DNA from: an uncultured bacterium
GTDB taxonomy: Bacteria; Patescibacteriota; Minisyncoccia; UBA6257; 2-01-FULL-56-20
Direction: 5' to 3'
DNA length: 64,000 bases
Assembly: GCA_963718575.1 (NCBI GenBank)
Contig: OY970358.1
Coordinates: forward strand, 578,172-642,171
Made by a program: the position numbers and the translations under genes. This document shows positions 18,854-29,345 of this stretch, in pieces. The number at the start of each line of letters is the position of its first letter. The first letter of the stretch is position 1. The notes below the pieces were generated by a model. That model saw nothing but the letters and a program-made list of their open reading frames with translations. It was not told the DNA's origin and ran no database searches.

Positions 18854-19591
18854 ATGAAAAATGACACTGTGGCGGGCAAGAATGCCGGGCAGGCAAACAA
18901 GGCAACGATCTGGTTCATTGTCGGGCTTATCGTGCTTGTCACGGCGGGCGTGATCGTCGCGGGCGCATACTCGAGCGGTACGGCGGCGAACAACGCGAGC
19001 AGTACGTTCGTTTCAACGGCCGCTCCGGCGCTCACATCTGCGGATTGGAGCGAAGGCAATCCGAACGCGAAGGTGACGCTTATTGAATACGGCGACTTCG
19101 AGTGTCCGGCATGCGGAGAATATTTCCCGGTCATGCAGCAGTTGCTGCAGAACTACAGCAGCACGGTGCTGTTCGTATTCCGCAATTTCCCGCTCACCAC
19201 CATCCATCCGTTTGCAGAGATCAGCGCACAGGCGGCGGAGGCGGCCGGGCTTGAGGGCGGCGCGTCGAAGTACTGGGCGATGCACGACCTTCTTTATATA
19301 AACCAGAACAATTGGTCCACGAACAGCGCGCTCACTCCGGCGCAGGTCGTCTCTCAATATTTTGACGGATACGCGCAATCGATCGGCCTCAATGTGAGCA
19401 CGTTCAATAACGATATCAACGCAACATCGGTATCGCAAAAGATCCAAAATGATATTACCGGCGGTACCGCCGCGCAGATCGGCCACACGCCGACGTTCTT
19501 CTTGAACCTGCAGCAGATCCCGAACCCCACCGGACTTTCGAATTTTGAAAATACGTTGAACGCCGCAATCGCGTCGTCAACGGCGCAGTAA
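18854..19591 (+). CDS. DsbA-family thiol-disulfide oxidoreductase
   Basis: EYGDFECPAC, FRNFPL, TPTFF; N-terminal TM. Confidence 0.93.
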   Translation: MKNDTVAGKNAGQANKATIWFIVGLIVLVTAGVIVAGAYSSGTAANNASSTFVSTAAPALTSADWSEGNPNAKVTLIEYGDFECPACGEYFPVMQQLLQNYSSTVLFVFRNFPLTTIHPFAEISAQAAEAAGLEGGASKYWAMHDLLYINQNNWSTNSALTPAQVVSQYFDGYAQSIGLNVSTFNNDINATSVSQKIQNDITGGTAAQIGHTPTFFLNLQQIPNPTGLSNFENTLNAAIASSTAQ

Positions 19592-19644
19592 TAGAAAAGC
19601 CCCGCGATCGTGCGGGGCTTTTAGTGTGTGGGTGATGCGGTTGG

Positions 19645-19962
19645 TCAATCGCCCGGTACGGATTGTAACGGAGGGGTCTCCGCGCCGCCCTTTTTATTTT
19701 TAAGGATTCTGATGGAGCGGCATGCCGGAGAGGTACATTCCTGCACCGTGGCGAGGGTGTCTCGATGACAACATGGACAGGTGGTTAAGATGGTGTGAGC
19801 GATCAGAAGGTCGAGCTTGGTCAGAAGGTTTCTCAAACGGCGGATAACTCCGACCATCAATCCGATAACCATTAATACCAATACAAACATGACGGCATGG
19901 TATTGCGGGAAATACCAAAGCCATCCGTCAGATTTCAGATTCACGAGATGTAGGAAGTTCAT
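19645..19962 (-). CDS. Orphan with one TM and a Cys cluster (CPCC...CTSPAC)
   Basis: AAGGAGG SD; TTGACA/TAGAAT promoter upstream. Confidence 0.6.
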   Translation of the reverse strand: MNFLHLVNLKSDGWLWYFPQYHAVMFVLVLMVIGLMVGVIRRLRNLLTKLDLLIAHTILTTCPCCHRDTLATVQECTSPACRSIRILKNKKGGAETPPLQSVPGD

Positions 19963-20021
19963 GGAGCCTCCTTTAAATACCGCTTGTATTCTAAGCCTGC
20001 GATGGATTTTGTCAATCAGTG

Positions 20022-20474
20022 TTACCCCTCTCCGCCGCGAATTTCGCGTTGGTGCGTCCGTTTCTTGATCGCCTCGCGCTTGTCGGATTTCTTGCGGGTG
20101 CGGCCGAGGCCGAGCTCAAGTTTTATCAAGCCATGTTTGAGGTATGCGCGGAGCGGAATAACATGGAGCGATTTATCAATGAGCGCGCCCTGCAATTCTT
20201 TAATTTCATCTTTTGATAATAAGAGCCGGCGCACACGATCCTCTTCATAATCGGCGGGCGTGTTGCCCGCCTGGTATGCCGGGATGTGCGAGTTGACGAG
20301 CCACGCCTCGCCGCCGCGAATGAGCACGTGTGCGCCGGCAATCTGAAGCCGGCCGCCCTTCGCGCTTTTCACTTCATAGCCTTTAAACTCGATCCCCGCC
20401 TCGTATTTTTGCGAGATCTCGTAGTCAAAGCCCGCCCGGCGATTTTCCGCTATCGTGTCCGCTCGTTTATCCAT
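20022..20474 (-). CDS. smpB: SsrA-binding protein
   Basis: ENRRAGFDY, EAGIEFKGYEVKS, HIPAY, KKSDKRE. Confidence 0.97.
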   Translation of the reverse strand: MDKRADTIAENRRAGFDYEISQKYEAGIEFKGYEVKSAKGGRLQIAGAHVLIRGGEAWLVNSHIPAYQAGNTPADYEEDRVRRLLLSKDEIKELQGALIDKSLHVIPLRAYLKHGLIKLELGLGRTRKKSDKREAIKKRTHQREIRGGEG

Positions 20475-20571
20475 GGATTCATTCTACCTTAGTTGTGTTA
20501 AAAAATGATCAAAGAAATGGGCCCCGGCGAAATCGCGCGGGGCCCTGCGTCAGCTGTGGTACTATATGTAA

Positions 20572-20710
20572 AAGAGCAATGGGGGCGCAGTGGGGCTCGA
20601 CGGTGGCCAGGACTCCCTTCCAAGAGTCGGGCTCTTGAGACCCGCCGCCGGCATAGTTGCAACGCGCAGGGGCGGAGCGCGGTTCAGTGCCGGTTGCGCC
20701 CCACTGCTTG
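20572..20710 (+). ncRNA. Structured RNA divergent from smpB (tmRNA-derived or 6S-like; unassigned)
   Basis: TG-G-TACTAT extended -10 at 20557-20565; closing stem 20575-20593/20690-20708; internal stems; tmRNA-like GGGGGCG...CTCGACGG start and ATAGTT|GCA motif. Confidence 0.6.
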
Positions 20711-20744
20711 TCTGTAGGATGACACGTATGTATCTATTCTGTCA

Positions 20745-22454
20745 ATGAGTACCGAAATCATTCAAATTTTAAAGAGCATCTTCGGCCCAGACGCGCCGAT
20801 CGGGGTTTCGGTGCCTGACGCGGAACTTTTCGGCCACTATTCGACCAACTTCGCGATGCGCGAGGCAAAAGCCAAGGGCGTACCGCCTCTCGACCTCGCC
20901 AAGGAATACGCCGCGAAGATTGCCGCCGCGGCGCCCGGAGGATTCTTCTATAAAGTGGAAGCAGCCGCGCCGGGCTTCATCAATTTTTGGCTGAGCGATA
21001 AAACATTGCAAGGCGAATTCGCCGCGATCGCAGGAGATAAGAACTACGGCGAGAGCGCCGTTGGAAAAAGGAAGTTGGTGATCGTGGAATATTCATCGCC
21101 AGGCATCGCGAAGCCGCTGCACCTCGGGCACATGCGCACGACGATCATCGGCGCGGCGCTCGCGAACATCCTTGAGCTCTCCGGCTATCGCGTGGTGCGA
21201 TGGAACTATGTCGGCGACTGGGGCACTCAGCTTGGCAAGCTCATCGCCGCATATAAACTATGGGGAGAGAAAGAAAGCGTGGAAAATGATCCGATCGAAG
21301 AACTACAAAAGCTGTATGTTCGATTTAACGCGGAAATGAAATCCGATCCCGCACTTGAAAAGCGTGGTCAGGAAGAATTCAAAAAATTAGAAGATGGCGA
21401 TCGCGATAATCGAAAATTATGGGAGTGGTTCAAAAAAGAGTCATTGAAGGAGTTTAAGAGAATATATCGAACGCTCGATGTCGGGTTTGACGTATGGATC
21501 GGCGAGGCGTTTTTCGAGCGCGAGAGTGCGGATACCGTGCAAGAGCTATTGGATAAAAAGATCGCTGAGCACAGCGAGGGAGCGGTAGTGGTCAAACTTG
21601 AGGCATTTGAGCTACCACCGGCGATGGTGCAGAAGTCCGACGGCGCGAGTCTGTATCTTACGCGCGATATTGCAAACCTTCGCTATCGGATTAAGAAATA
21701 TAAGCCGGCAAAGATACTCTATGTAGTGGGCAACGAGCAGGCGCTTGCGTTCGAACAGCTTTTTGCGGTCGCGCAGCTGCTCGGATGGCACAGCGCTGAG
21801 TTGAAGCATGTAAAGTACGGGTTGGTGTTGGGCGAGAGCGGTAAGAAGCTTTCCACGCGCGAGGGCACGGCTCAGCTGTTGCAGGGCGCTATCGATGAGG
21901 CCGTGGTCAAGGCGCGCGAGGCGATCGAGGCGCGGAGCCCCGACTTTTCGCCAAAAGAAAAGACCGAGATCGCCTTTGCGGTCGCGCTCGGCGCGCTCAA
22001 GTATAACGACCTTAAGGAAAATCGCACGACGGACATCGTTTTCAATTGGGAAAAGATGCTCGATTTTTCCGGCGACAGCGGGCCATATTTGCAATACACC
22101 TATGCGCGATTGAAAAGCATTTTGCGCAAGGCCGGAGTCAGGGAATCAACGCTCCGGCCGGATGCGATCGATGTATCATTGCTCGTGCACACAAGTGAAC
22201 TCGCGCTCATGCGGAAACTTTTCGAGTTTCCCGATGTCGTCGTACGCGCGGGTGAGCTGTACTCCACGAGCACGCTCGCCGTCTATCTCTATAAGCTCGC
22301 CGTCGCCGCGAACAAGTTCTACGAGACGACGCCGATCTTGAAAGGCGAGGATGATGCCAGGCGCCGCGCGCGCCTCTTGCTTGTTGCGACCACCGCGCGC
22401 GTCTTGCAGAAAGGATTGGAACTCCTTGGGATCAAAACGCTTGAAAAAATATAA
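20745..22454 (+). CDS. argS: Arginine--tRNA ligase
   Basis: EYSSPGIAKPLHLGH, GDWGTQ, KLSTREG, GPYLQYTYAR. Confidence 0.97.
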   Translation: MSTEIIQILKSIFGPDAPIGVSVPDAELFGHYSTNFAMREAKAKGVPPLDLAKEYAAKIAAAAPGGFFYKVEAAAPGFINFWLSDKTLQGEFAAIAGDKNYGESAVGKRKLVIVEYSSPGIAKPLHLGHMRTTIIGAALANILELSGYRVVRWNYVGDWGTQLGKLIAAYKLWGEKESVENDPIEELQKLYVRFNAEMKSDPALEKRGQEEFKKLEDGDRDNRKLWEWFKKESLKEFKRIYRTLDVGFDVWIGEAFFERESADTVQELLDKKIAEHSEGAVVVKLEAFELPPAMVQKSDGASLYLTRDIANLRYRIKKYKPAKILYVVGNEQALAFEQLFAVAQLLGWHSAELKHVKYGLVLGESGKKLSTREGTAQLLQGAIDEAVVKAREAIEARSPDFSPKEKTEIAFAVALGALKYNDLKENRTTDIVFNWEKMLDFSGDSGPYLQYTYARLKSILRKAGVRESTLRPDAIDVSLLVHTSELALMRKLFEFPDVVVRAGELYSTSTLAVYLYKLAVAANKFYETTPILKGEDDARRRARLLLVATTARVLQKGLELLGIKTLEKI

Positions 22455-22505
22455 AAAATTTTATAGAATTGCCTCGGTTCGGGAAATTTTCCAATGGAGG
22501 GGCAG

Positions 22506-22837
22506 ATGAGGGATATCGGAAGGAAGTTGTTTGATGATGACTACGGACAGTGGAGGATAATGTTTCATTCCAGTAGAGCATACCGGAGCGGCGACGCATA
22601 TGTCATCAATGGATTTCGCTTTCCAGAGACGCTAGTGGCGAAGCAAGCACGGTAGCGGGGTTTGTCTTGAAGGAGGGATATTGTATCTTTCCTGACTCAA
22701 CATTCGATTCAGAGGGGGTGGAGTGCCTGATAATAAAGTCCCGCCGTCCCGATGGACCACCTATAGTGGAATTTCTTGTTCCTCTCCATTTAGTTCGGGA
22801 CATCGGCCTCAACCTTAAAGTCTCTCTATCGCGATAA
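22506..22837 (+). pseudogene. Frameshifted orphan gene (about 110 aa)
   Basis: GGAGG SD and ATG at 22506 open 49 codons; an overlapping frame is open from about 22577 to TAA at 22837. Confidence 0.45.
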
Positions 22838-22912
22838 CAACAATATTCCCGTGGCGCGCTATGCCTGCGGGAATTTCTTTATAAATCATCGAAAACCTGC
22901 TATTTTAAGGTA

Positions 22913-25900
22913 ATGACTAAGAAATCTTCGCGGACGCCGCATTTTCTTGAGGGCGAGATAAAGCTTCCAGAGATGGAAGAAAAAGTGCTGGCGTTTTGGG
23001 ACGAGCATAATATTTTTGAGAAAAGTTTAGAACAGACCGCCGACGGCGCGCCGTTCACTTTTTACGACGGGCCGCCGTTCGCGACGGGACTTCCCCACTA
23101 CGGGCATATTTTGGCGTCCACGATAAAAGATGTCGTGCCGCGCTATCAGACGATGAACGGCCGCTTCGTGCGCCGCCGGTGGGGATGGGATTGCCACGGG
23201 CTTCCGATCGAAGAGCTCGTCGAGCGTGAACTCGGCATCTCCGGCAAAAAGCAGATCGAAGCGGTCGGCATCAAAAAATTCAATGAGACATGCCGGAGCT
23301 TTGTATTGAAATATGCCGCCGAATGGCGGCAAACGGTCCGCCGCATCGCGCGCTGGGTGGACTTCGATGATTCGTATAAGACGATGGATACCGATTTCAT
23401 GGAATCCGTATGGTGGGGATTCAAACAGACGTACGACAAGGGCTTGATCTATGAGGGCCGCAAGGTGTTACTCTATTGTCCGCGCTGCGAGACGCCGCTC
23501 TCGAACTTCGAGGTCGCGATGGATAACAGCTATAAGGATGTCACGGAGGAGTCGGCATATGTGAAATTTCACTTGAAAGCCGGTCAAAAATTCGGAAACT
23601 ATACGGCTAAGGATTCTGTTTACCTTGTGGCGTGGACGACGACTCCATGGACATTACCGGGAAATGTCGCACTTGCGGTAGGGAAAAATATTTTATATAC
23701 CGCACTCCGCATAAAAGACGTGCAGAAACTTTATATTGTTGCAAGTGAACTTGTTCAAAAAGTTTTTAAAGATCAAGAGATTGAAATTGTTCATGGAGAG
23801 ATAAAAGGAAAGGATCTGATTGGCCTCGAATACGAGCCGCTCTTTACTATTCCTATACTGCAATCCGAAAAATCTTATCAGGTCTATGCTGGAGATTTTG
23901 TAAATACTGATGACGGCACGGGCATCGTACATATCGCACCGGTGCACGGCGAGGACGATTATACATTAGGCGTAGCAAACGGCTTGCCGATCGTGCCGCT
24001 GCTCGACGAGCGTGGAATCTTCACTGATAAGGTGCCGGAGTTTTTACGCGGACAATACTTTAAGAAAGCGGATAGGCTGGTGATCGAGGATTTAGAGAAG
24101 CGGGAACTGCTTTTCAAAAAAGAAACCATCACGCATTCCTATCCGCACTGCTGGCGATGCGGCACGATGCTCTATTACAACGCGCTCCCGGCGTGGTTTG
24201 TGAACATTCAAAAGATAAAGCCGGGGCTGCTCGCATCGAACGAGGCCGAGATCAGCTGGTTTCCGGAGCACCTTAAGCACGGCCGCTATCAAAAGAGCGT
24301 GGAGGCCGCGCCCGACTGGAACATCTCGCGCAATCGGTACTGGGGCAATCCGGTGCCGGTATGGAAATGCGGCGATTGTGGACATGTCGAAGCGGTGGGG
24401 AGTATGGACGAGCTTTCAAAGAAGGCGGGCGGTTCGAAGAATAGCTATTGGGTAATGCGGCACGGCGAGGCGGAGAGCAATATGTTCGACATCCTCGACT
24501 CCGGCCAGAGAAAATATCTTCATCTCACGCCGCGTGGCAAGGAGCAGGTGCTGACTTCGATAGAGAAGTTCAAAAAAGAGCTGGCGCATGAGGGCAAGAA
24601 GATCGATGTCGTCATCGCGTCCGACATCACGCGCACGCAGGATACGGAACATATCGTGGCAAAGGTGCTGACGGGAGAAAAGGAGATCGCGCACGAAGGA
24701 TTGGAAGAGATCCATCTTGGGCCGACGCTCACCGGCTATCGCGATGAAAAATATGCACAGATGTTTCCCAGCTACGAGGCGCGTTTTGAGAAACAGCCGG
24801 AGGGAGGGGAGACGTTACGTGATCTCCGCGCTCGCGTGTGGAAATTTTTGAAAGAGTGCGAAGAGATCTACGCGGGAAAGAATATCCTGCTCGTGACGCA
24901 CGAATATCCTGCGTGGATGCTTTTCCAAACTGCGGAAGCGTGGAGTGAGAAGCGTGCGATCGAAGAAAAGAAAAAGCGTGATGGTGATTTTATTAGCTTC
25001 GCCGAGATTCGAAAATTGGATGTGAAAGTGGTGCCCCGCGACGACACGGGCGAGGCGGATCTCCATCGGCCTTACATCGACGACATCACATTCCCGTGCG
25101 AAAAGTGCGGCGGTGTGATGACGCGCACGCACGGAGATCTTCGATTCATGGATCGAAGCAGGCTCAATGCCGTTTGCGGAGTACCACTATCCATTCGAGA
25201 ACAAGGAAGAATTCAAAAAACATTTCCCTGCGCAGTTCGTGTCAGAATACGTCCCGCAGACGCGCGCGTGGTTCTATCTTTCGCACGTCGTGTCGTATAT
25301 TTTGTTCGGCCATGCGCCGTTCGAAAATGTGGTGACGACGGGAAATGTGCTTGGGGATGATGGTTTTAAGATGAGCAAGTCGAAGAAAAATTTCCCCGAT
25401 CCCCAATTGGTGATCGATAAGTTCGGCGCTGATAGCCTACGTTTTTATCTCATGGGTTCTGTTGCAATGCAGGCAGATGATCTGACTTTTTCCGAGAAGA
25501 GCGTCGAGAGCGTGTATCGCAAAGTGGGGATGTTGCTTACGAACGTCTATAAATATTTCGCCACGTATCGCGGGGAGGTGGCGGGAGAAATTTCCGGCGG
25601 TGGTGAAGCGACCAACGCCGCCGCAGACGACAATATTCTCGACCAGTGGATCACCGCGCGGACTGAAGAGCTGGCGGATATCGTGACGCGCTCGCTCGAC
25701 ACGTACGACACCGTCCGCGCCACGCGCGCGGTCCAGGAATACGTGGACGACCTCTCCACGTGGTATCTGCGCCGCTCGCGCAAGCGTAAGGATGCGGGGT
25801 TTTTCAGGACGATGCAGGCGTCGCTTTTGACGACGAGCCGGGTGCTTGCGCCGTTCATGCCATTTCTCGCGGAAGCGCTCCATGCGGAGCTTGCCGCGCA

Positions 25901-26477
25901 CGATGCGCCGGCGTCGGTGCATTTGGAAAAATGGCCGGAGATAGCGTTCACGTTGCCGGAAAAAGAGCGAGCGGAGCTGATGGACAGCATGACGGAGATC
26001 CGTCGTCTTGCGAGCCTCGGACTTTCTGCCCGTGCGGAGGCAAAGATCAAGGTGCGTCAGCCGCTCGCAACGATGACCGTGCGCGGCGCGGAAGCGACGA
26101 TCCGCGACGAGCGCCTCCTCGCCATATTGAAGAACGAAGTGAATGTGAAAGAGATCGTGTTCGCGCCGGAGCTTGCGAACGAGGTCGAGCTCGACACGGT
26201 CATCACGCCCGCGCTCCGCGAAGAAGGATTGGTCCGCGAAGTGGCCCGCATGTTCCAGGAGCTTCGTCAGAAGGCCGGGCTCGAACCGAAGGATAGGATT
26301 GTTGCGATGATGGAGCTACCAGAAAAGACGATGCAAGTGATCGACAGGAATGAATCTTCATTTTTAAAAGACATCGGTGCGACCGTGGTGGAATTCGGAC
26401 ACTCCGATAAATTCATTGCAGAAGAGATAGCCAAGCTCGAAGGGGAGGATGTATGGGTGGCGGTGCGGAAGGGGTAG
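22913..26477 (+). CDS. ileS: Isoleucine--tRNA ligase (type 2) with inserted histidine-phosphatase domain; 1-nt frameshift near 25131
   Basis: DGPPFATGLPHYGH, GWDCHGLP, WTTTPWTLP, DWNISRNRYWG, then EIFDSW..GSMP and KMSKS in the second frame. Confidence 0.95.
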
Positions 26478-26484
26478 CGCACTA

Positions 26485-26775
26485 TCAGATGGAACCTTTT
26501 GTTCGAAAGCCTAAATGTTTTTCCAGCCGCGTAATGCGCCAGTCAAAGCGGTCAAGGACCTTGTGTATGCCGCGCATTTCTTCCTGTAATCCCTCTACGC
26601 TTTTTTGGATTTCTTGTACTGTCGTCTCCAGGCGATTCAGTCTTTGAGTAATGCCATCGAATTTCTTATCCATGCCATCGAGCCTTTTATCGACAGCATC
26701 GAATTTTTTATCGACAGCGATGGAGAAATCGTTGATCGTTACAAGGATATCCTTGAGCGTTATTTTCTTTTTCAT
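26485..26775 (-). CDS. Small coiled-coil heptad-repeat protein
   Basis: VDKKFDA/VDKRLDG/MDKKFDG repeats, RITRLEKHLG. Confidence 0.75.
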   Translation of the reverse strand: MKKKITLKDILVTINDFSIAVDKKFDAVDKRLDGMDKKFDGITQRLNRLETTVQEIQKSVEGLQEEMRGIHKVLDRFDWRITRLEKHLGFRTKGSI

Positions 26776-26851
26776 ACACCCAATTGTAATGGGCGCAAAA
26801 AATATTGCAAAAACTTTTTAATAAAAATTTAATAACTCGCGAACGAGCGGG

Positions 26852-27832
26852 TTAGTAGCCCACCTTCTTCTTAACCTCCGCCATCTTCTTTGTGGCGACC
26901 GCACCCGCTTTCTTTGATCCCGTTGCTAAAATCTTCCTTATCGCGGCTGGCTTTGCGAGCAGCTTTGCTTTCGCGGCGCGGAACTTGGCAAAGTGTGCGG
27001 AAATAAGTTCGGCGAGTGCACCTTTCAAATCGGAATATTGCCTACCTTCAAACTCGATCGCGACCGCGTGCGGATCTTTGTCCGTGAACGCGCCGTAGAT
27101 CTCGAGTAAATTTGAAAGCCCCGGCTTGCCCTTCGGATCGTATAAAATTGCGCCATCGGAATCGGTCACCGCGCGCGCGAGTTTTTTGCGAATATCCTCC
27201 GGCGAGTCGTCTATAAAAAGGCAGCTATCCGGATCGGACTTGGACATCTTCTTGTGCGGATCTTTGAGAGACATCACGCGTGGCGTCTGGGTGAGCAATC
27301 CCTTTGGTTCCACAAACGTTTCGCCGAACCGTGCGTTGAACCGTCGCGCGACGGTGCGTGCGAGTTCGAGGTGCTGGAGCTGATCCTCGCCCACGGGGAT
27401 GAATTTTGCGTTATACAAAACGATGTCCGCCGCCATGAGTACAGGGTAGGTAAAAAGCCCGGCGTTCACGTTTGCCGCCTGCCGCGCCGCCTTGTCCTTG
27501 TATTGCGTCATACGCTCCAGCTCGCCCATCGGCGTCACGGTGTTAAGCACCCACGCGAGCTCGCTGTGCGCCGAGATCTGCGATTGCTGATAGATGACGG
27601 ATTTTTTCGGATCAAGTCCGGCGGCCAGATAGTCAGCGGCAAGGTTTAAAATATTCGCCGCGAGCGTCTTCGGCTCCGGGCCTTCCGTGAGCGCGTGCAG
27701 ATCGGCCAAAAAAAAGTAGCATTGATATTTGCCGGAGTTCTGGAGTTCCACAAAGTTTTTGAGCGCGCCAAGATAATTGCCAATATGGAGCCGCCCGGTG
27801 GGCTGCATCCCGGAGACGAGGATGGGTTTCAT
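26852..27832 (-). CDS. trpS: Tryptophan--tRNA ligase
   Basis: SGMQPTGRLHIGNYLG, YPVLMAADI, PVGEDQ, KMSKS. Confidence 0.98.
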   Translation of the reverse strand: MKPILVSGMQPTGRLHIGNYLGALKNFVELQNSGKYQCYFFLADLHALTEGPEPKTLAANILNLAADYLAAGLDPKKSVIYQQSQISAHSELAWVLNTVTPMGELERMTQYKDKAARQAANVNAGLFTYPVLMAADIVLYNAKFIPVGEDQLQHLELARTVARRFNARFGETFVEPKGLLTQTPRVMSLKDPHKKMSKSDPDSCLFIDDSPEDIRKKLARAVTDSDGAILYDPKGKPGLSNLLEIYGAFTDKDPHAVAIEFEGRQYSDLKGALAELISAHFAKFRAAKAKLLAKPAAIRKILATGSKKAGAVATKKMAEVKKKVGY

Positions 27833-27876
27833 ATAGTGATTATATCACGGGTGATGTTTTCTGTTATGATTGAATT

Positions 27877-28524
27877 ATGCAGACAAATAAGACGGTCTAT
27901 TTTGTTCGTCATGGCGAAAGCGCCGATAATGCCGCGCCGGTATTTCAATCCCCGGATTCGCCATTAACTCAAAAAGGACGGATGCAGGCGGAAAAGATCG
28001 CTACCCGCGCGAAACATCTTTCTTTTGATGCGTTCATCACGAGTCCCTTTCGGAGGGCGGAAGAGACAGCGGAGATTATTTCAAAAGCCACTGAGAAAAC
28101 GCCGGAGCGATCAGCGCTTTTTGTCGAGCGAACAAAGCCGACGAGCGTGAACGGCAAACTTCATACCGATGAAGAGGCGAGCGAGGTGTGGCGAGAGTGG
28201 AATGAAAGTTTATACACACCGGGTATGCGAGTCGAAGATGGGGAGAACTTTGACGACATCATTACACGCGCCGATAACGCGCTTGCTTTTCTTAACGTGC
28301 GTCCCGAAAAATCCATCCTCGTTGTGACGCATGGATATTTTCTTCGAACGATCATCACCCGCGTCTTGATGCAGGAGCTGCTTTCCGCCGAAGCATTCAA
28401 AAAATTTCAGCGCATGGCATCTATGGAAAATACCGGACTAAGTGCTCTCCGTTACGAAGGAAACACACCGGAAGAAATGAGATGGCGTCTTTGGATCTAT
28501 AATGACCATTCACATTTAGGATAA
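27877..28524 (+). CDS. Histidine phosphatase (phosphoglycerate mutase family)
   Basis: FVRHGES, SPFRRAEETA, VVTHG. Confidence 0.93.
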   Translation: MQTNKTVYFVRHGESADNAAPVFQSPDSPLTQKGRMQAEKIATRAKHLSFDAFITSPFRRAEETAEIISKATEKTPERSALFVERTKPTSVNGKLHTDEEASEVWREWNESLYTPGMRVEDGENFDDIITRADNALAFLNVRPEKSILVVTHGYFLRTIITRVLMQELLSAEAFKKFQRMASMENTGLSALRYEGNTPEEMRWRLWIYNDHSHLG

Positions 28525-28527
28525 TTA

Positions 28528-29283
28528 ATGTTCACTGACGAAATAAAATTACGCTGGGCGGCGCTTTTAACGAATCCTGATTGGTATCTTGCGATTCTTC
28601 CAGAGTTGGAAGAGTTGCGCAAACAATGGGGTGGAAAGAGTGATGCGGAGCAGGAGCCGCTAAAGATTAAACTCTATGATTTCTTCGCCGAGCATCTTGT
28701 GGCCGGTGATATTGCGCTCGATAACAATCCTGCTAATGCGGACGCGGAGCGCAAGCCCATCGACACTATTATTATCCATCACACAAGCAATCCGCCCGGC
28801 ATGACGAAAGAGTTGCTTTCCGGGATGGAGCTCATTCGCCTTTATGCGCCCGAGTTCGCCGCGCCCAAATATGAGGCTGATAAAAAGATGAAGGGGCGAC
28901 CTATCTGCTCGGGCCATTTTCGCGATGGTCACCAAGTTTTTTGGCCGTATCACTGGTTTGTGCGGCGCGATGGCACCGCCGAGCGTTTATTAAATGATGA
29001 TGAAATTGGTTGGCAAGCTGGAGATTGGGATATCAATTGCCGGAGCGTTGCCATTTGCTTTGATGGCGATTTTGAAAATAGCCGTCCGTCCGATATTGAG
29101 CTTTCCGCGGCGGCAAGTATCATCAAAGATCATTATCCGCAGGTTGCGCGCGAATGCATCTTTGGCCATCGCGAGATTAATTTAAAGACGACCTGTCCGT
29201 CGAATCTATTTCTCTCTGATTCGCCGCGTCGCGGTTGGAAGGACGATTTACTGGAACTTTTATTTCGTAGTAATCCCGCTTAA
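28528..29283 (+). CDS. N-acetylmuramoyl-L-alanine amidase (Amidase_2/PGRP-like)
   Basis: IIIHHT, YHWFV..DG, GWQAG, FGHRE, TTCP. Confidence 0.88.
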   Translation: MFTDEIKLRWAALLTNPDWYLAILPELEELRKQWGGKSDAEQEPLKIKLYDFFAEHLVAGDIALDNNPANADAERKPIDTIIIHHTSNPPGMTKELLSGMELIRLYAPEFAAPKYEADKKMKGRPICSGHFRDGHQVFWPYHWFVRRDGTAERLLNDDEIGWQAGDWDINCRSVAICFDGDFENSRPSDIELSAAASIIKDHYPQVARECIFGHREINLKTTCPSNLFLSDSPRRGWKDDLLELLFRSNPA

Positions 29284-29345
29284 GTTTGATTTTTAGCGTT
29301 GTAATAAGGTATTATCCCTCAAGAACCATTAAGGAGAAACCACAC

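Noticed and set aside
20611-20628. tRNA-Gly(TCC)-like anticodon hairpin GACTC-CCTTCCAA-GAGTC
   Set aside because: The loop is 8 nt, there is no proper D-arm or cloverleaf spacing, and it competes with the pseudoknot stem; treated as part of the unassigned RNA.
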